Below are positions 15,801 through 28,543 of a stretch of DNA of 51,476 nt, in pieces. The stretch comes from Atractiella rhizophila (Eukaryota): the NCBI GenBank assembly GCA_021432655.1, contig MU271492.1, forward strand, positions 1 through 51,476, written 5' to 3'. A program made the translations under genes and the position numbers. How positions within the stretch are numbered: position 1 is the first letter of the stretch; each line of letters starts with the position of its first letter. The notes beneath the pieces were generated by a model. It was not told where the DNA came from, did not search any database, and saw nothing but the letters and a program-made list of their open reading frames with translations.

Positions 15801-18406
15801 CTTCCTTTCTCATATCATTCATGCTTTTTGCACTCTGCAGCCCCTTGGAACCAGGGCCAGATCCCACTCGCAAAGGACCCAACGGACCCATCCCGCCAGG
15901 GATGAAACCACCAACAAAATTCGAATTAGGAGCGGAGCGTTGCTGGCTCGAAGCTTGTCCTGGAGTCGGGGGTAGACCTCTCGGAGCGCCCGTAACGCCT
16001 GCCGGATGCAGAAAAGGTCCAGAGGGGCCCATACCGAACGACCGCTGATTGGCAGGGGCAGACTCGACTGTTGGAGTAGGCGCTTGAACCTGAGCTCGAG
16101 GAACGGCTCCGTATCCACCCTCCTCGCTCATATGTCGCGGCGGGTTTGGAGACCTCGGACCCCTCATATGCACCGGTGGGCTCGTTTGGTCCGACCAACC
16201 GTACGGGGAGCGAAGTTCGTCCATGGTTCGCTGTCGAGGGGAGCGAACTGGGGAAGTGGCGTTATTTGGGTAAGGAGAGGAGAGGTCTGAGAGGGTACGA
16301 TCTCGGACAGAGGGATGTGGGCTGTTGGCAGGCGAGGGGTCGAGGTGCTGAGAGTAAGGTCCTTGCTCGGACATACCTCTTCCATGCCAACCAGGTTGGT
16401 TGTTCTGATTGAGGAAGAATTCGTTCACGAGGTTTTCGCTCAGGGTCGAACTACTTCCCAAACTCCCACTCTTGTTGTGCACCGCTTCGGTCGTGATGTG
16501 AGGGGGGAAGACATGCCCGCTATGTTCTCTGGTCGCACTGACAGGAGCGCTATCTGTAGGCTTGACCTGCCTCACGAGCAGGATGATGCTGTCACCCTTC
16601 TTCTGATTGGCACACAGATCCCAGAGCTCGTCATCAGAAATTTCAGGCCCATTGATGTCCTCCAAACTTTCTCCAATGTACGTTCGATATAATCGACAGG
16701 CGGAGTAATCGTCGTCGTACACGTGTAACTTGCTCAGAATACGCTCGCGAATCGCAGCAGGAGAGGTGAGCTCGGTGGTTGTGATGATCGAAAACTGATC
16801 CATGTCTCGAGAAACGGAGAGGTGGGATTGGGGTAAACGACCCCATACTCGTGGTGGTTGAGCAGGCTGGGAATTGTCAGGAGAGGTGATGCGAGAGCTC
16901 GAACCCGGTGGTGAAAACGTCTGCGCGAAACATTCAATCAGCAAAGTCGTTGCATTACCAAAAGGGAGCGAGGTAGCAAATCAACAACAGGCAAAGTACC
17001 TCCTGGTCGGGAGTGGTGACAATGACTGGAACGCTAAAATGGCGGGACGGGCTGCCCCATACTGGATCCATCCTGCAGATAATTAGGAGCAGCAATACCC
17101 TTTATCAAAGATGGTAAAGACGAGGGCATATCTTCGAGGATATATGGTCAAGGCGGACACCGCTTCCGCGCATCGTTCCCCAGTGCCCAGGTCTCCCTCG
17201 AGACTCCGTGGGGATTAAACACGTTTAAGAGTCCCACAACTCTCACTTCTGTAGCACTTTAAAAACTCTCGCGACGACGGCTCCTGTGGGCGTTCATGCC
17301 TTCGAGAATACTTTCTCGCCCGTGTTCGCTAAATACTCTTCCAACGCCTGGCGGCTTCATGGGACCCAAATAATCCTCTCAACTGGAACAAGGGGTTCTC
17401 TTTTCCAATACAGACTGCGTGACATAGCAGCCACCATTCTAATCCAAGGCGATGGGAGACCACCGTGCGGCGGTCATTTCTGGTTCTCTTTGGCGTCCGT
17501 TCTGGGGAAAAGCATGCGCCCCTTCCATTGCTTACAGTGGACACAAGCAATATGACCTTGTTACTCGTAGGAGCGGAAGGCCCGCTCTGCGTCCGTTTCG
17601 CTTTCGTTACATCTCAACTGAGAGAATGATGACAGTGGTGCGTTGTTGACTGAAGAGTAGGCGGGATGATGTCTTCCGCCCAATCTTCATCCAGCCTCGC
17701 AAAAACAAGAAAGAACACTCTCGAGAAACAGGGTTTGAGGAACGGACTTTCATCAGAGATGAGCGAAACAACTTGATTAACGCCTGGAAAACTTCCAGGT
17801 TGATCAAACCGATTGCCGTCATCTCATCTTCACACTGACGCACTGGGAACTTCAGCGTCCTCACAATTGATAAAACATAAAACAGATCAAAGACTTCTCC
17901 CTATAAAAAGGCGAATCGGAAAACCTCTCCATCCTCCAAACACACATCAAACGGTAAAAGCTAAGACTCACCTGTCTGGTATCGATCCCACTAAGGACCA
18001 TGCTCCTCCTCTCCGCGGTCGGGACTCTACTCAAATCGAGCGGTCTCGTTCCCCCCATCAACCCCAATCCACCACCAGGCGGTCCCTCCACGGGCGAACT
18101 GGGGTTCCTAGCCTGCGCAAGGGCCTCCTGGAAGCGTCCCGCCTTGAGTTTGGGCTTGGAAGTGGTGGACGAGTGCGACTGTGACGAGGGAGGACGCTGG
18201 ATGGGCGGCTGCGGCGGACCGGATTGCGAGGGCGTGGAGGGCTGGGGCATGGACTGGGAGTGGGTGGGTTGTGCGTAGGGATGCGGATGCTGGTGTTGGT
18301 GCTGATGCTGATGCTGGGTCGGGTGGGTTGACGACGGACGGGCGTAGGGATGGGGCTGTTGGGCGTGGGCGTGTGGCTGGGAGGGGAGGGAGGTGGGGAT
18401 CGCCAT
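12801..18406 (-). CDS. BCK1: MAP kinase kinase kinase, Bck1 (cell-wall-integrity) type
   Basis: C-terminal kinase domain [32 protein letters not shown]...HRDLKADNILVD...DFG...SLQGSIFWMAPE...DIWSLGCVVLEM; the Bck1-like motif FRPSVEDVYEHMEEFFPDHDLDK; long disordered N-terminus. The last exon ends RAIKKPKKLKK*. The 5' exon structure is ambiguous (see findings). Confidence 0.88.
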
Positions 18407-20553
18407 GGTGCCTTGTCCTGTTCCTAATCCGAAGGGAAAGGGAGGCGGGTGGATTGATTGGGAAGGGATTTGGATTTATAGCTGGAGTTGGAATGGACCG
18501 GAATAAACCGCCCAAGAATATCAATCTGAAATGAACAGCTCTCCAGGAATGAAATAACGAGCAGCTGAGAAGTCGAATGATCTGAGAACCCAATCCGATC
18601 CAGCTCAGATCCTCAGCTGTTCCTATTTATTCTGGCAGTAGGAAGCAGGCGTGGTCGTTCACAGCAGCGCAGTTGTCCGCACGTACTTACGGCGCTCCTT
18701 CTCCATCTCGTCCGACGCCAGATCCGATTAGCATCAGCACAGTCCAATGTGCAGCTCTTGACAGCGAAAATCTACAATAATGCGGGTCCACAACCTGTAT
18801 TTACAGAATGCACTCAGGACGGTGTATTGGTGGAGGGGAAGTTGGAGTCCGGCTATGGAGCGTAGAAGGTTTTGGAGATGTGGGAGTCGCGGGATCATCG
18901 GAGTAACAAGACGTCCAGATCTTCGTTACGCTTCGTTAGCAGTGTGGGCAGCTAGGTCGCTCGAGACAGGATCAAGTTGAAGTACGGTGTGTTGTTCTGT
19001 GTTATCGTGGAAATGGGAATAGTTCGACTGCTGACATTCCAGCCTTTCGATTGAAATCTGCTAGAATAGTACTTGCAGCAATAGAGCAGCACTAATGGAA
19101 TCCTATTGTAATTATCAATGTGCTAAGTATGGAGTCCAAACTTCAGTATGTACATTTCAAAAGTCTCGAGGTAGTGACTCTCCGATCCGAATGTTATGCC
19201 CACTGGAAGGAATATTACCAAACAAAACCCTTCTATAAGAATCAAGTTTGCAAATATTCCTTATCTCAGAATTGAGGACTAATAGCACGACACACAAACG
19301 GCTGATGACGCTGCTTGTTTTGAACGATTGTTTGACATTTTAACCCGATCCCAGTTTAGATTGGTGGAACTGCCTCTTCTGTATCTATTGTATCTATACC
19401 GTCGTCCCTTTCCTTCTTTCTCAGCTTACATCCGTAACAGAAACTGACGGCCATCACCTTCGAAGGCAAGGGCCGAATTGACAAGCATTTGGTCGCAGGC
19501 AAATTGAACATACAATTCTGATTACTTTTTACGACGAAGCTTTGGCATCAGGGAGCCAGTTTAAATCAACAACTTGTAAGTGTAGAACGTTCCTAGGCGT
19601 AAACCTACGGATGGATGCAGCATGTTAAATAAATACTGCGTATCGCGGATACGTAACTTGACATTGTGAATAGTTCCTCCTCCCCATGAGTGCCAATGTT
19701 GATTCCCTACGAACTAGGTAAGCGAGTAAAGGACCATGATCCTGACTAAAAGGTAACAGACCCTGTGGGTACGCAAACAGGCCAAATAAGTCCCCAGCTT
19801 GCTGTCTTCAACGGCGTTTCCGTCTGTATTGCGGGCATCTCCTTAGACCTGCTCCTAACTTGCCCGTCAATATAAATTCTACAACGAATGTCGACTCAGA
19901 ATAACTCTCAATAACGTTTTCTGTGCGAGTTATGTAGCATGCACGACCTTACCGCGGATGCTCTAAACCTTCTAAAATCTAGATATTGCAACACTCACCG
20001 TATCGATACCAGTTACATGACAATCCTTCTCTACCTTAATATCCTATTCCTCTACACTAGTAGTTCTAGCCTACAATTAGTTTGATTTGTGGAAAAGCTT
20101 TGAAGAGTAGTAGCAAGAGGAAACAGGAAGGTGATATCGAGGAGAATTAAGTAATCTATAACTATTTTAGAGACTGCGTTACCCAAGTTGATTGTTGACG
20201 AACAGATAGTTCCTTGAAGAAGGCCGACACTGTTTTCGTTTGCCAGCTCGCGACTCTGCTTGTTGGGACACCTAGTAACAGGTGGGGGCAGTCGTCCTCG
20301 AAATAATATATTATATTTCCTTTCTGTTCCTACGGATACCGATGAACTTAACGAATGTGGTCCATGACGGTCGGATGGACGCCTCCCTTGTTACCCAAAA
20401 GCTTCCACCCCAATTACCGAAAAGGCAGCCAGCAATCAACCACCGTTTGTGGCGTGCTCCCCGCTTGCAGGTGCTCCTTTTTTCCCTGCCAGTAGCCATA
20501 ACTGATTGTTTATGACCCAGAAAGGAACAATCAAGGGGTGCAGAGACAACGCG

Positions 20554-21846
20554 ATGTCGCAGAACATCTGCACTCCCCTATCTCTTACGGGCTTGCCAAA
20601 CGAACTATTACTCTTAATCGAATCCATGCTCGGAAGAGCAGGTAGAATAGCTCTAGGATCGGCAAACAAGCGTCTTCGTGGGCTTTGCCTTCCTTCCATG
20701 TTTCGAACGATGAAAATGGCAGCAAGCGACTGGAATGCGACCAATTTTTTTCTCTGCCTGCCTCGATCTTATGTTCAGTATGCAAAAGAAATCAACATTT
20801 ATATCTACTTGGGCACTCGGGAAGAAGCCTCAGCTATTGCAACCACCTCAGCTTCGAATTTTCGAATGATTATCCAACATTTTCGAAAATATCTACTGCT
20901 GGACGTTGAAAATCATCCCTCAGTATCACTTCATATCCAACGTTTCCGTCCCAAAGGCATGCCACCTCCACGGGAACCATTGAACAACCCTCATCCCAAA
21001 TTTGGACCTTACCCCAAACCTGCGTGGTACGCTTACCCGGCCTTCGACCTTGCTATAGTTGCTCCTCCTGGCTTGATGCCTGTGAACGAGACAGAGGTGG
21101 AATTTTTGGAACATCTATGCGATCCAACTTATTGGGGCGACGATATTTGTTTTGCACTACGACGCGTGGATCTCCCCTACTTTGGAAGAGCGATTCGACA
21201 GAAATTGGACGGCATGGAGGAGCTCAGCATTTCGTCTGGTCACTCAATGTCTACCTTTTATCTAAATGTCCTAACCAAAGCACCTTCAATATTCCTTCAC
21301 ACGCTTAATTTGAAGGGGAATCCCCGAATGCGAGGCATTCATATACACAAACTCCTCCATCTCTGCCGCCTTTCCTTGAAACGCCTCAGCCTTCATCACG
21401 TGAACCTTAGCGACAGGGCATGGCCAGATCGGTGCACGGCGCTCTTTTTGGATTCCTTGGAGCTTTGGGACTGCTTTTCAGGTTCCAGGCTGGAAGATGT
21501 CCAAACTGTCATCCACTATTTCGCCGCTGCTATGATTCAGAGATTCGTTTTTTCTGACACAACCAGGTGGCCCGATAACTCGAGGACAGGGGTATCGGCC
21601 ACAGTACAAACGTTTGAACTTTTAGCTTACGTCGAGCGATGGCCTTTCCTTAGGCATTTCACAGTCTCGATCTTCCCGGGTACCGTTCGTTATACCGACA
21701 ATTTTTTCAAAGTGGTTGAAGCTTTGAAAAAGTCGAAGGTGCAGGTTAGTCTGAAATGGGTTGGAGCAAAATCACTTTGTCCCGAGCTTCAAAATCCTAG
21801 CATAGCAATTGCTGTGAGTCCTTTTGCTGATCAAATCTCAGACTAG
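20554..21846 (+). CDS. F-box/LRR-like protein (copy 1, intact)
   Basis: LSLTGLPNELLLLIESML...LGSANKRLRGLCLPSMFRTM (F-box), then LHTLNL/LKRLSL/LDSLEL repeats. A 3' intron near 21814 is possible. Confidence 0.72.
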   Translation: MSQNICTPLSLTGLPNELLLLIESMLGRAGRIALGSANKRLRGLCLPSMFRTMKMAASDWNATNFFLCLPRSYVQYAKEINIYIYLGTREEASAIATTSASNFRMIIQHFRKYLLLDVENHPSVSLHIQRFRPKGMPPPREPLNNPHPKFGPYPKPAWYAYPAFDLAIVAPPGLMPVNETEVEFLEHLCDPTYWGDDICFALRRVDLPYFGRAIRQKLDGMEELSISSGHSMSTFYLNVLTKAPSIFLHTLNLKGNPRMRGIHIHKLLHLCRLSLKRLSLHHVNLSDRAWPDRCTALFLDSLELWDCFSGSRLEDVQTVIHYFAAAMIQRFVFSDTTRWPDNSRTGVSATVQTFELLAYVERWPFLRHFTVSIFPGTVRYTDNFFKVVEALKKSKVQVSLKWVGAKSLCPELQNPSIAIAVSPFADQISD

Positions 21847-22242
21847 TGCGGCCTCTTACTGGCAATGTTTTAGCGCGAATCGGTTCAGGAATAATTCCCG
21901 TTCTTGTTGACATCGCTTCGTTTCTTTAGAACATTACGCGAGAAGTCTATGATCTGTACATTAAAGCTAGTCTCAATAAGAACTTTGATATCCACCCTCG
22001 CGACGCTTTTCCAAAAGGTATCACTGCAATTTCCATCTCAGCCCACTGCAGTCACTAATCTCACAGCTCCATTTCCATCAATATTCCCATATAAAGGGCC
22101 TGAAGTTGCAAGCTTCAAGATGCATAACAACACCTCCTAAACCAGACTTCTACAGCTCAACATCTGCACAGCCTGGACGCCGCCCAATAACACCTGGTTG
22201 TATTGATTTATCATCAAAGTATAACCGCGTGGCAAACCGACC

Positions 22243-22741
22243 ATGTCACAACACGCTCTGATCGAAGCTCAGATCTCCTCCCTGCGCTCGCAGCTCACTG
22301 CTCTCCAATCCGAACTCGAGTCTCTGCCATCTGAACTTCCTGGAGCTGCTGAAGACGCTGCTGGGGATGGAACTGAAAAGAAGTGGCCGCTTGCCAAAGA
22401 TGAATATATACGCTATGGGCGACAGATGATCGTACCTGGCTTCGGACTCGACTGTCTGTCCTTGCCCTTGCCTCTTTTCATTTTCCCAAATACTGACGCA
22501 GTGGTGTCCGGTAGCACAGACCAAGCTTAGAAATGCAAAGGTGCTGGTCGTGGGAGCTGGAGGCCTCGGATGTCCATTGCTCCTCTACCTTGTTGGAGCG
22601 GGAGTTGGTGAGTGGTCTACAAGCATCTTTGATCTGTTACCTCTACAAGAACGCTATTGGTTTACTTTATCAGAGAAATGCTTGATTTCCTGACTTATGA
22701 GGCTCTGCTCGTCAGATGGATTTAGGAATATGTCCTGATTG
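22243..22741 (+). pseudogene. UBA4: Truncated 5' copy of UBA4 (probably the alternate allele)
   Basis: MSQHALIEAQ...[15 protein letters not shown]...[13 protein letters not shown], cut off at the duplication junction. Confidence 0.75.
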
Positions 22742-22746
22742 AAAAA

Positions 22747-24084
22747 CACTCCCCTATCTCTTACGGGCTTGCCAAACGAACTATTACTCTTAATCGAATC
22801 CATGCTCGGAAGAGCAGGTAGAATAGCTCTAGGATCGGCAAACAAGCGTCTTCGTGGGCTTTGCCTTCCTTCCATGTTTCGAACGATGAAAATGGCAGCA
22901 AGCGACTGGAATGCGACCAATTTTTTTCTCTGCCTGCCTCGATCTTATGTTCAGTATGCAAAAGAAATCAACATTTACATCTACTTGGGCACTCGGGAAG
23001 AAGCCTCAGCTATTGCAACCACCGCAGCTTCGAATTTTCGAATGATTATTGAACATTTTCGAAAATATCTACTGCTGGACGTTGAAAATCATCCGTCGGT
23101 ATCGCTTCATATCCAACGTTTCCGTCCCAAAGGCATGCCACCTCCGCGGGAACCATTGAACAACCCTCATCCCAAATTTGGACCTTACCCCAAGCCTGCG
23201 TGGTACGCTTACCCGGCTTTCGACCTTGCTATAGTTGCTCCTCCTGGCTTGATGCCTGTGAACGACACGGAGGTGGAATTTTTGGAACATCTATGCGATC
23301 CAACTTATTGGGCGACGATATTTGTTTTGCACTACGACGCGTGGATCTCCCCTACTTTGGAAGAGCGATTCGGCAGAAATTGGACGGCATGGAGGAGCTC
23401 AGCGTTTTGTCTGGTCACTCCATGTCTACCTTTTATCTAAATGTCCTGACCAAAGCACCTTCAATATTCCTTCACACGCTTAATTTGAAGGGGAATCCCC
23501 GAATGCGAGGCATTCATATACACAAACTCCTCCATCTCTGCCGCCTTTCCTTGAAGCGCCTCAGCCTTCATCACGTGAACCTTAGCGACAGGGCATGGCC
23601 GGATCGGTGCACGGCGCTCTTTTTGGATTCCTTGGAGCTTTGGGACTGCTTTTCAGGTTCCAGGCTGGAAGACGTCCAAACTGTCATCCACTATTTCGCC
23701 GCTGCTATGATTCAGAGATTCGTTTTTTCTGACACAACCAGGTGGCCCGATAACTCGAGGACAGGGGTATCGGCCACAATACAAACGTTTGAACTTTTAG
23801 CTTACGTCGAGCGATGGCCTTTCCTTAGGCATTTCACAGTCTCGATCTTCCCGGGCGCCGTTCGTTATACCTACGATTTTTTCAAAGTGGTTGAAGCTTT
23901 GAAAAAGTCGAAGGTCGAGGTTAGTCTGAAATGGGTTGGTGCAAAATCACTTTGTCCCGAGCTTCAAAATCCTAGCATAGCAATTGCTGTGAGTCCTTTT
24001 GCTGATCAAGTTTCAGACTGGTGCGGCTTCTTACTGCACTGTTTTAGAGCGAATCGGTTCATGAGTAATCGCCGTTCTTGTTGA
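22747..24084 (+). pseudogene. F-box protein copy 2; lacks the start and has a 1-nt deletion
   Basis: Matches 20571 onward. tattgggcgac at about 23310 versus tattggggcgac in copy 1 splits it into ORFs 22739-23440 and 23200-24084. Confidence 0.75.
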
Positions 24085-24435
24085 CATCGCTTCATTTCTT
24101 TAGAACATGAGGCGAGAAAGTCTGAACTATGATCTGTATATTAAAGCCAGTCTCTCAATAAGAATTTAGATATCCACACTCGTGCCGCTTTTTCCAAAAG
24201 CGTAAAGAAGGTATCACTGCCAATTTCCATCTCAGCCTACTGCAGTCACTAATCTCACAGCTCCATTTCCATCAATATTCCCATATAAAGGGTCTGAAGT
24301 TGCAAGCTTCAAGATGCATAACAACACCTTCTAAACCAGACTTCTACAGCTCAACATCTGCACAGCCTGGACGCCGCCCATAACACCTTGTTGTATTGAT
24401 TTATCATCAAAGTATAACCGCCTGGCAAACCGACC

Positions 24436-26404
24436 ATGTCACAACGCGCTCTGATCGAAGCTCAGATCTCCTCCCTGCGCTCGCAGCTCACTGCTCTCCA
24501 ATCCGAACTCGAGTCTCTGCCATCTGAAGTTCCTGGAGCTGCTGAAGTCGGTGCGGGGGATGGAACTGAAAAGAAATGGCCGCTTGCCAAAGATGAATAT
24601 ATACGTTATGGACGACAGATGATCGTACCTGGCTTCGGACTCGACTGTCTGTCCTTGCCTCTTTTCATTTTCCCAAATACTGACGCAGTGGTGTCCGGTA
24701 GCACAGACCAAGCTTAGAAATGCAAAGGTGCTGGTCGTGGGAGCTGGAGGGCTCGGATGTCCATTACTCCTGTACCTTGTTGGAGCCGGAGTTGGTGAGT
24801 GGCCGACGAGCATCTTTGATCTGTTACCGCTGCAAGAACGCTATTCGTTTACTTTGTCAGAGAAATGCCTCATTTGCTGACATATGAGGGCTCTGCCAGT
24901 CAGATGGATCTAGGAATATGTCCTGATTGCAAGTGAAGAAGCGACGCATCATCTCACACTGCGTCCTTTTTTGAGATATTCCATGAACCGAAGATTAGAC
25001 GACTGATTTTACTTTGGCTAAATCGCACTGTCATGTTGCTGATAATATCTTTACTGAAGGAAACATCACAATCCTAGACGGCGACACCGTCGACCTCTCA
25101 AATCTGCACCGCCAAGTTCTTCACACCACTCAAACACTAGGTCTCAACAAGGCTCTCTCCGCCTCCAGGCACCTATCCGCTCTCAACCCTAGCATCACAC
25201 TCACCCCACTCCCATACTCACTCACGCCCTCCTTTCTGCGCTCTCCACCCTCCTCCTTCCCATCACTCTCCACCTTCAACCTAATCATCGACTGCACCGA
25301 CGCCGCTCCCATCCGCTACCTCCTCTCCGACCTCGCCTCATACCACCGTATTCCCCTCCTCAGCGGCGCTGCGATCGGTACTGAGGGATGGGTGGTCTGT
25401 TGGAACGTCCCAGTTGACGAGGGAGCGTGTTATAGATGCGTGTTTCCCGAACTTCCTGGGCCTGATCCGGAGAAAGGGGAGCGGAGTGGGAGGTGCGAGG
25501 ACGAGGGAGTGGTGGGGACCGTGACGGGGACGATTGGGACGCTCATGGCTGGAGAAGCTCTGAAGATGTTGTCGGGGAGAGGAGAGGGAGGGAGGATGTT
25601 GCTCTATTCGTTTGATTTGGAGGGAGAGGGGAGGGGGAGTCCGTTCAGGAGTATTCGGCTGAGGGGGAGGAAGGAAGGATGTGTTGGCGGTGGGGAGGGG
25701 AAGAGGGCGTGGTGGCTTGATGAAGGGGTGGAGTGGGGAGATGATACGTATTGTGGTGTGGAGGAGAAGGGAACGGATGAGAGGATTTCTCCCCTCGTGC
25801 GTCCTCCTCATTCACTCACTCTAGTTTCGATCCCCGACTCTTACCTCTCCTCTGATGCTGATGCTGTTGTGGTTCTGAATGCGCAGGAACTTAAATCCAG
25901 ACTGGCTGCCTCCACATCCCTTGATGCTGAGGAGGAGAAGAAGACTTTGCGCAAGACCAGAATAATCGACGTCCGTCCTTCGATCGAGAGCAGCATCTGC
26001 TCCATCCCTGGATCAACCAGTGCGTCCCATCTATCCACTCATTCATTCTCCTCATCCCACTACCTAAAAGTAAGCATAAACTTGAACTGAACCGAGAAAC
26101 AGATATTCCTTTCCCACAATTGTTGAGGGATCCGGAACTCGCTTTTGGTCTTCCTTCCCCTTCTGCTCAGAATGAGAATGAGAATGAGGGCGAGGAGATC
26201 GTTTTCGTTTGCCGGAGAGGCAACGATTCTCTACTGGCCGCTAGAGCTGTGAGGGAACATCGGAAGGCGAAAGCAAATTCGGATCCGGAATCAGGGAGGG
26301 GGACAGATGAAAAGGGAAGAGTGGGAGAGGGCATGAAGGTGTTGGATTTGAGAGGAGGGTTGAGAGGTTGGAGTGCTGTGGAGCCGGATTTCCCAGTGTA
26401 TTGA
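24436..26404 (+). CDS. UBA4: Adenylyltransferase/sulfurtransferase Uba4/MOCS3 (ThiF/MoeB plus rhodanese)
   Basis: [53 protein letters not shown], and the rhodanese active loop CRRGNDS, ending DFPVY*. Confidence 0.95.
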
Positions 26405-26623
26405 CTTGACAGCTGAGATGAGAGACGAAGACTTGTATCTGTTGATGTCAAATGTGTCTGAAGGATGTGATAGTTGAAATGTACCGATGGTGGTTTGTTC
26501 TTGCACAGTGTTGAAATCATGTTTTCACAATCTCTAGATCCAATTTACATGTTGAAAAGCACTGATCTTATATATCCCTTGGCCCTTGAAAGGTGCAGGG
26601 TGATTTTTTTTGGTCGATGCATG

Positions 26624-27307
26624 TCAACGATCTATCCGCCTTGGTGATTGAGAGATGGAACGCATTAAGAAAGAGGGATGCACACCCTTCACAGTATCCT
26701 GCACTAGACCCTCTAACACCTTCCTGGTCGCCTGCACGATCGCGACATGTTCTGCCTGGTGCATCCTCGTTTCCAACTCCTCCAGCGTCTCCTCTTCTCT
26801 GAGTTCCACCTCGACAACCACGATCGGTTCCCCAGCATCAACTTCCTCCACCACATAATGTACCATCACACCCGTCTTCTTCAGTCCCTGCTCCGTCCCC
26901 GCCTTCCATGCCCTTTCAATAGCTTTTGTCCCCGGAAACTGACCAGGGAGTGCCGGATGGAGGTTGATGACAGGGACCTTCATTTCCGCCAGAGGGGATA
27001 GGAACGAAGGAGAAAGGACGAGCATCCATCCCGCCAAAACGACGAGACTTGGCTTTGGTTCGTGCTCCAAGACGATCCTCGCCAACTCCCGATCGAAGTC
27101 GGACCGCGTCTTCCCGGGATTCTTGGCTAAGTAAGGCTTGAGAGCGTGCACGGTCGTTGGGACTGGTGGATCGTGGGATGCGCATCGCGTGAGCCCGTAG
27201 GCGGAGGAGGAGGAGGAGACGACGTGCGTTATCGTGCGCTTAGGAAGGGCGTCTAAGAGGGCTTGAAGGTTTGACCCGGAGCCGGATATGAGCACTGTCA
27301 CGCTCAT
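26624..27307 (-). CDS. ADE8: Phosphoribosylglycinamide formyltransferase (copy 1)
   Basis: MSVTVLISGSGSNLQALLD, LVVLAGWM, INLHPALPGQFPG, TGVMVHYVVEEVDAGEPI. Confidence 0.93.
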   Translation of the reverse strand: MSVTVLISGSGSNLQALLDALPKRTITHVVSSSSSAYGLTRCASHDPPVPTTVHALKPYLAKNPGKTRSDFDRELARIVLEHEPKPSLVVLAGWMLVLSPSFLSPLAEMKVPVINLHPALPGQFPGTKAIERAWKAGTEQGLKKTGVMVHYVVEEVDAGEPIVVVEVELREEETLEELETRMHQAEHVAIVQATRKVLEGLVQDTVKGVHPSFLMRSISQSPRRIDR

Positions 27308-27721
27308 GGCGAGAGTATGAGCAGGAGTAGGGGTTGGGAGCGAGAAGGATTTTTCGGGAAGATTGATTGTGGCCGGAACTTTTTCGGGCCTTCCAATGCA
27401 CATGAAACTCACTCAGTAAACAGGATATTCCGATATTCGGAAAGGCTGAAGGAAATGTTTTGTGCAGATAACGAAGGGAGAACTGAGAGATCTGGTTACT
27501 TTGTACTTAGCGGTGGCGGTGCGTTTCTCCCTTACTTTTCGACGCCAGAGGGAGCGACTTTCCGCTTCACGAATCATGATGTATTTCTTCATCCCTCCCT
27601 GCTCTGTGGCGGATCTTCCTTTCCCCGCCAATGAACGAGATTTTCTTTGACAGGACTATCATCCTTTTTGGCGCGAGAATGAAAAGGAAAAGAGGAGGAG
27701 TACTTCATTTGTTCTGCAGAA

Positions 27722-28305
27722 CACTCACTCTATTTCGATCGCCGATCTTACGTCTCCTCTGATGCTGCTGTGGTTCTGAATGCACAGGAGCTTAAATCCC
27801 GACTAGCCGCCTCCACATCCCTTGATGCTGAAGAGGAAAAGAAGACTTTGCGCAGGACCAGAATAATCGATGTCCGTCCTTCGATCGAGAGCAGCATTTG
27901 CTCCATTCCTGGATCAACCAGTGCGTCCCATCTATCCACTCATTCTTTCTCCTCATCCTACTACCTAAACGTAAGCGTAAACTTGAACTGAACCGAGAAA
28001 CAGATATTCCTTTCCCACAATTGTTGAGGGATCCCGAACTGGCTTTTGGTCTTCCTTCTCCCTCTTTTCAGAATGAGAATGAGAGTGAGGGCGAGGACAT
28101 CATTTTCGTTTGTCGGAGAGGCAACGATTCTCTACTGGCCGCTAGAGCTGTGAGGGAACATCGGAAGGCGAAAGCGAATTCGGATCCGGACTCAGGGAGG
28201 GGGACGGATGAAAAGGGAAGAGAGGGAGAGGGCATGAAGGTGTTGGATTTGAGAGGAGGGTTGAGAGGTTGGAGTGTTGTGGAGCCGGATTTCCCTGTGT
28301 ATTGA
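27722..28305 (+). pseudogene. UBA4: 3' (rhodanese) fragment of UBA4, duplicate
   Basis: RIIDVRP...FVCRRGNDS...DFPVY* with no 5' exons. Confidence 0.75.
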
Positions 28306-28543
28306 CTTGACAGCTGAGATGAGAGACTAGAACTTGTATCCGTTGATGTCAAATGTGTCTGAAGGATGTTATACTTGAAATGTACCGATGGTGGTTTGTT
28401 TCTTGCACAGTGTTGAAATGATGTTTTCACAATCTCTATATCCAATTTACATGATGAAAAGCACTGATCGATATATTCCTTAGCCCTTGAACGCTGCAAG
28501 GGGGTTTTTTGGTCGATGCATGTCAACGATCTATCCGCCTTGA

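Larger units (their letters stand above)
20571..24929 (+). repeat. Tandem duplicate of about 2.2 kb (20571-22741 / 22747-24929) covering the F-box gene and the 5' end of UBA4
   Basis: Near-identical copies with scattered SNPs and indels; spacer aaaaa at 22742-22746. Confidence 0.92.

Noticed and set aside
18600..20500. AT-richer 1.9-kb intergenic stretch as a possible decayed element or RNA gene
   Set aside because: No terminal repeats, recognisable domain or tRNA/rRNA structure seen.
24795..25059. C/D-box snoRNA in the long UBA4 intron (GTGAAGA...CTGA)
   Set aside because: The C box is degenerate and I could not match a convincing rRNA guide by eye; a snoscan run would be needed.
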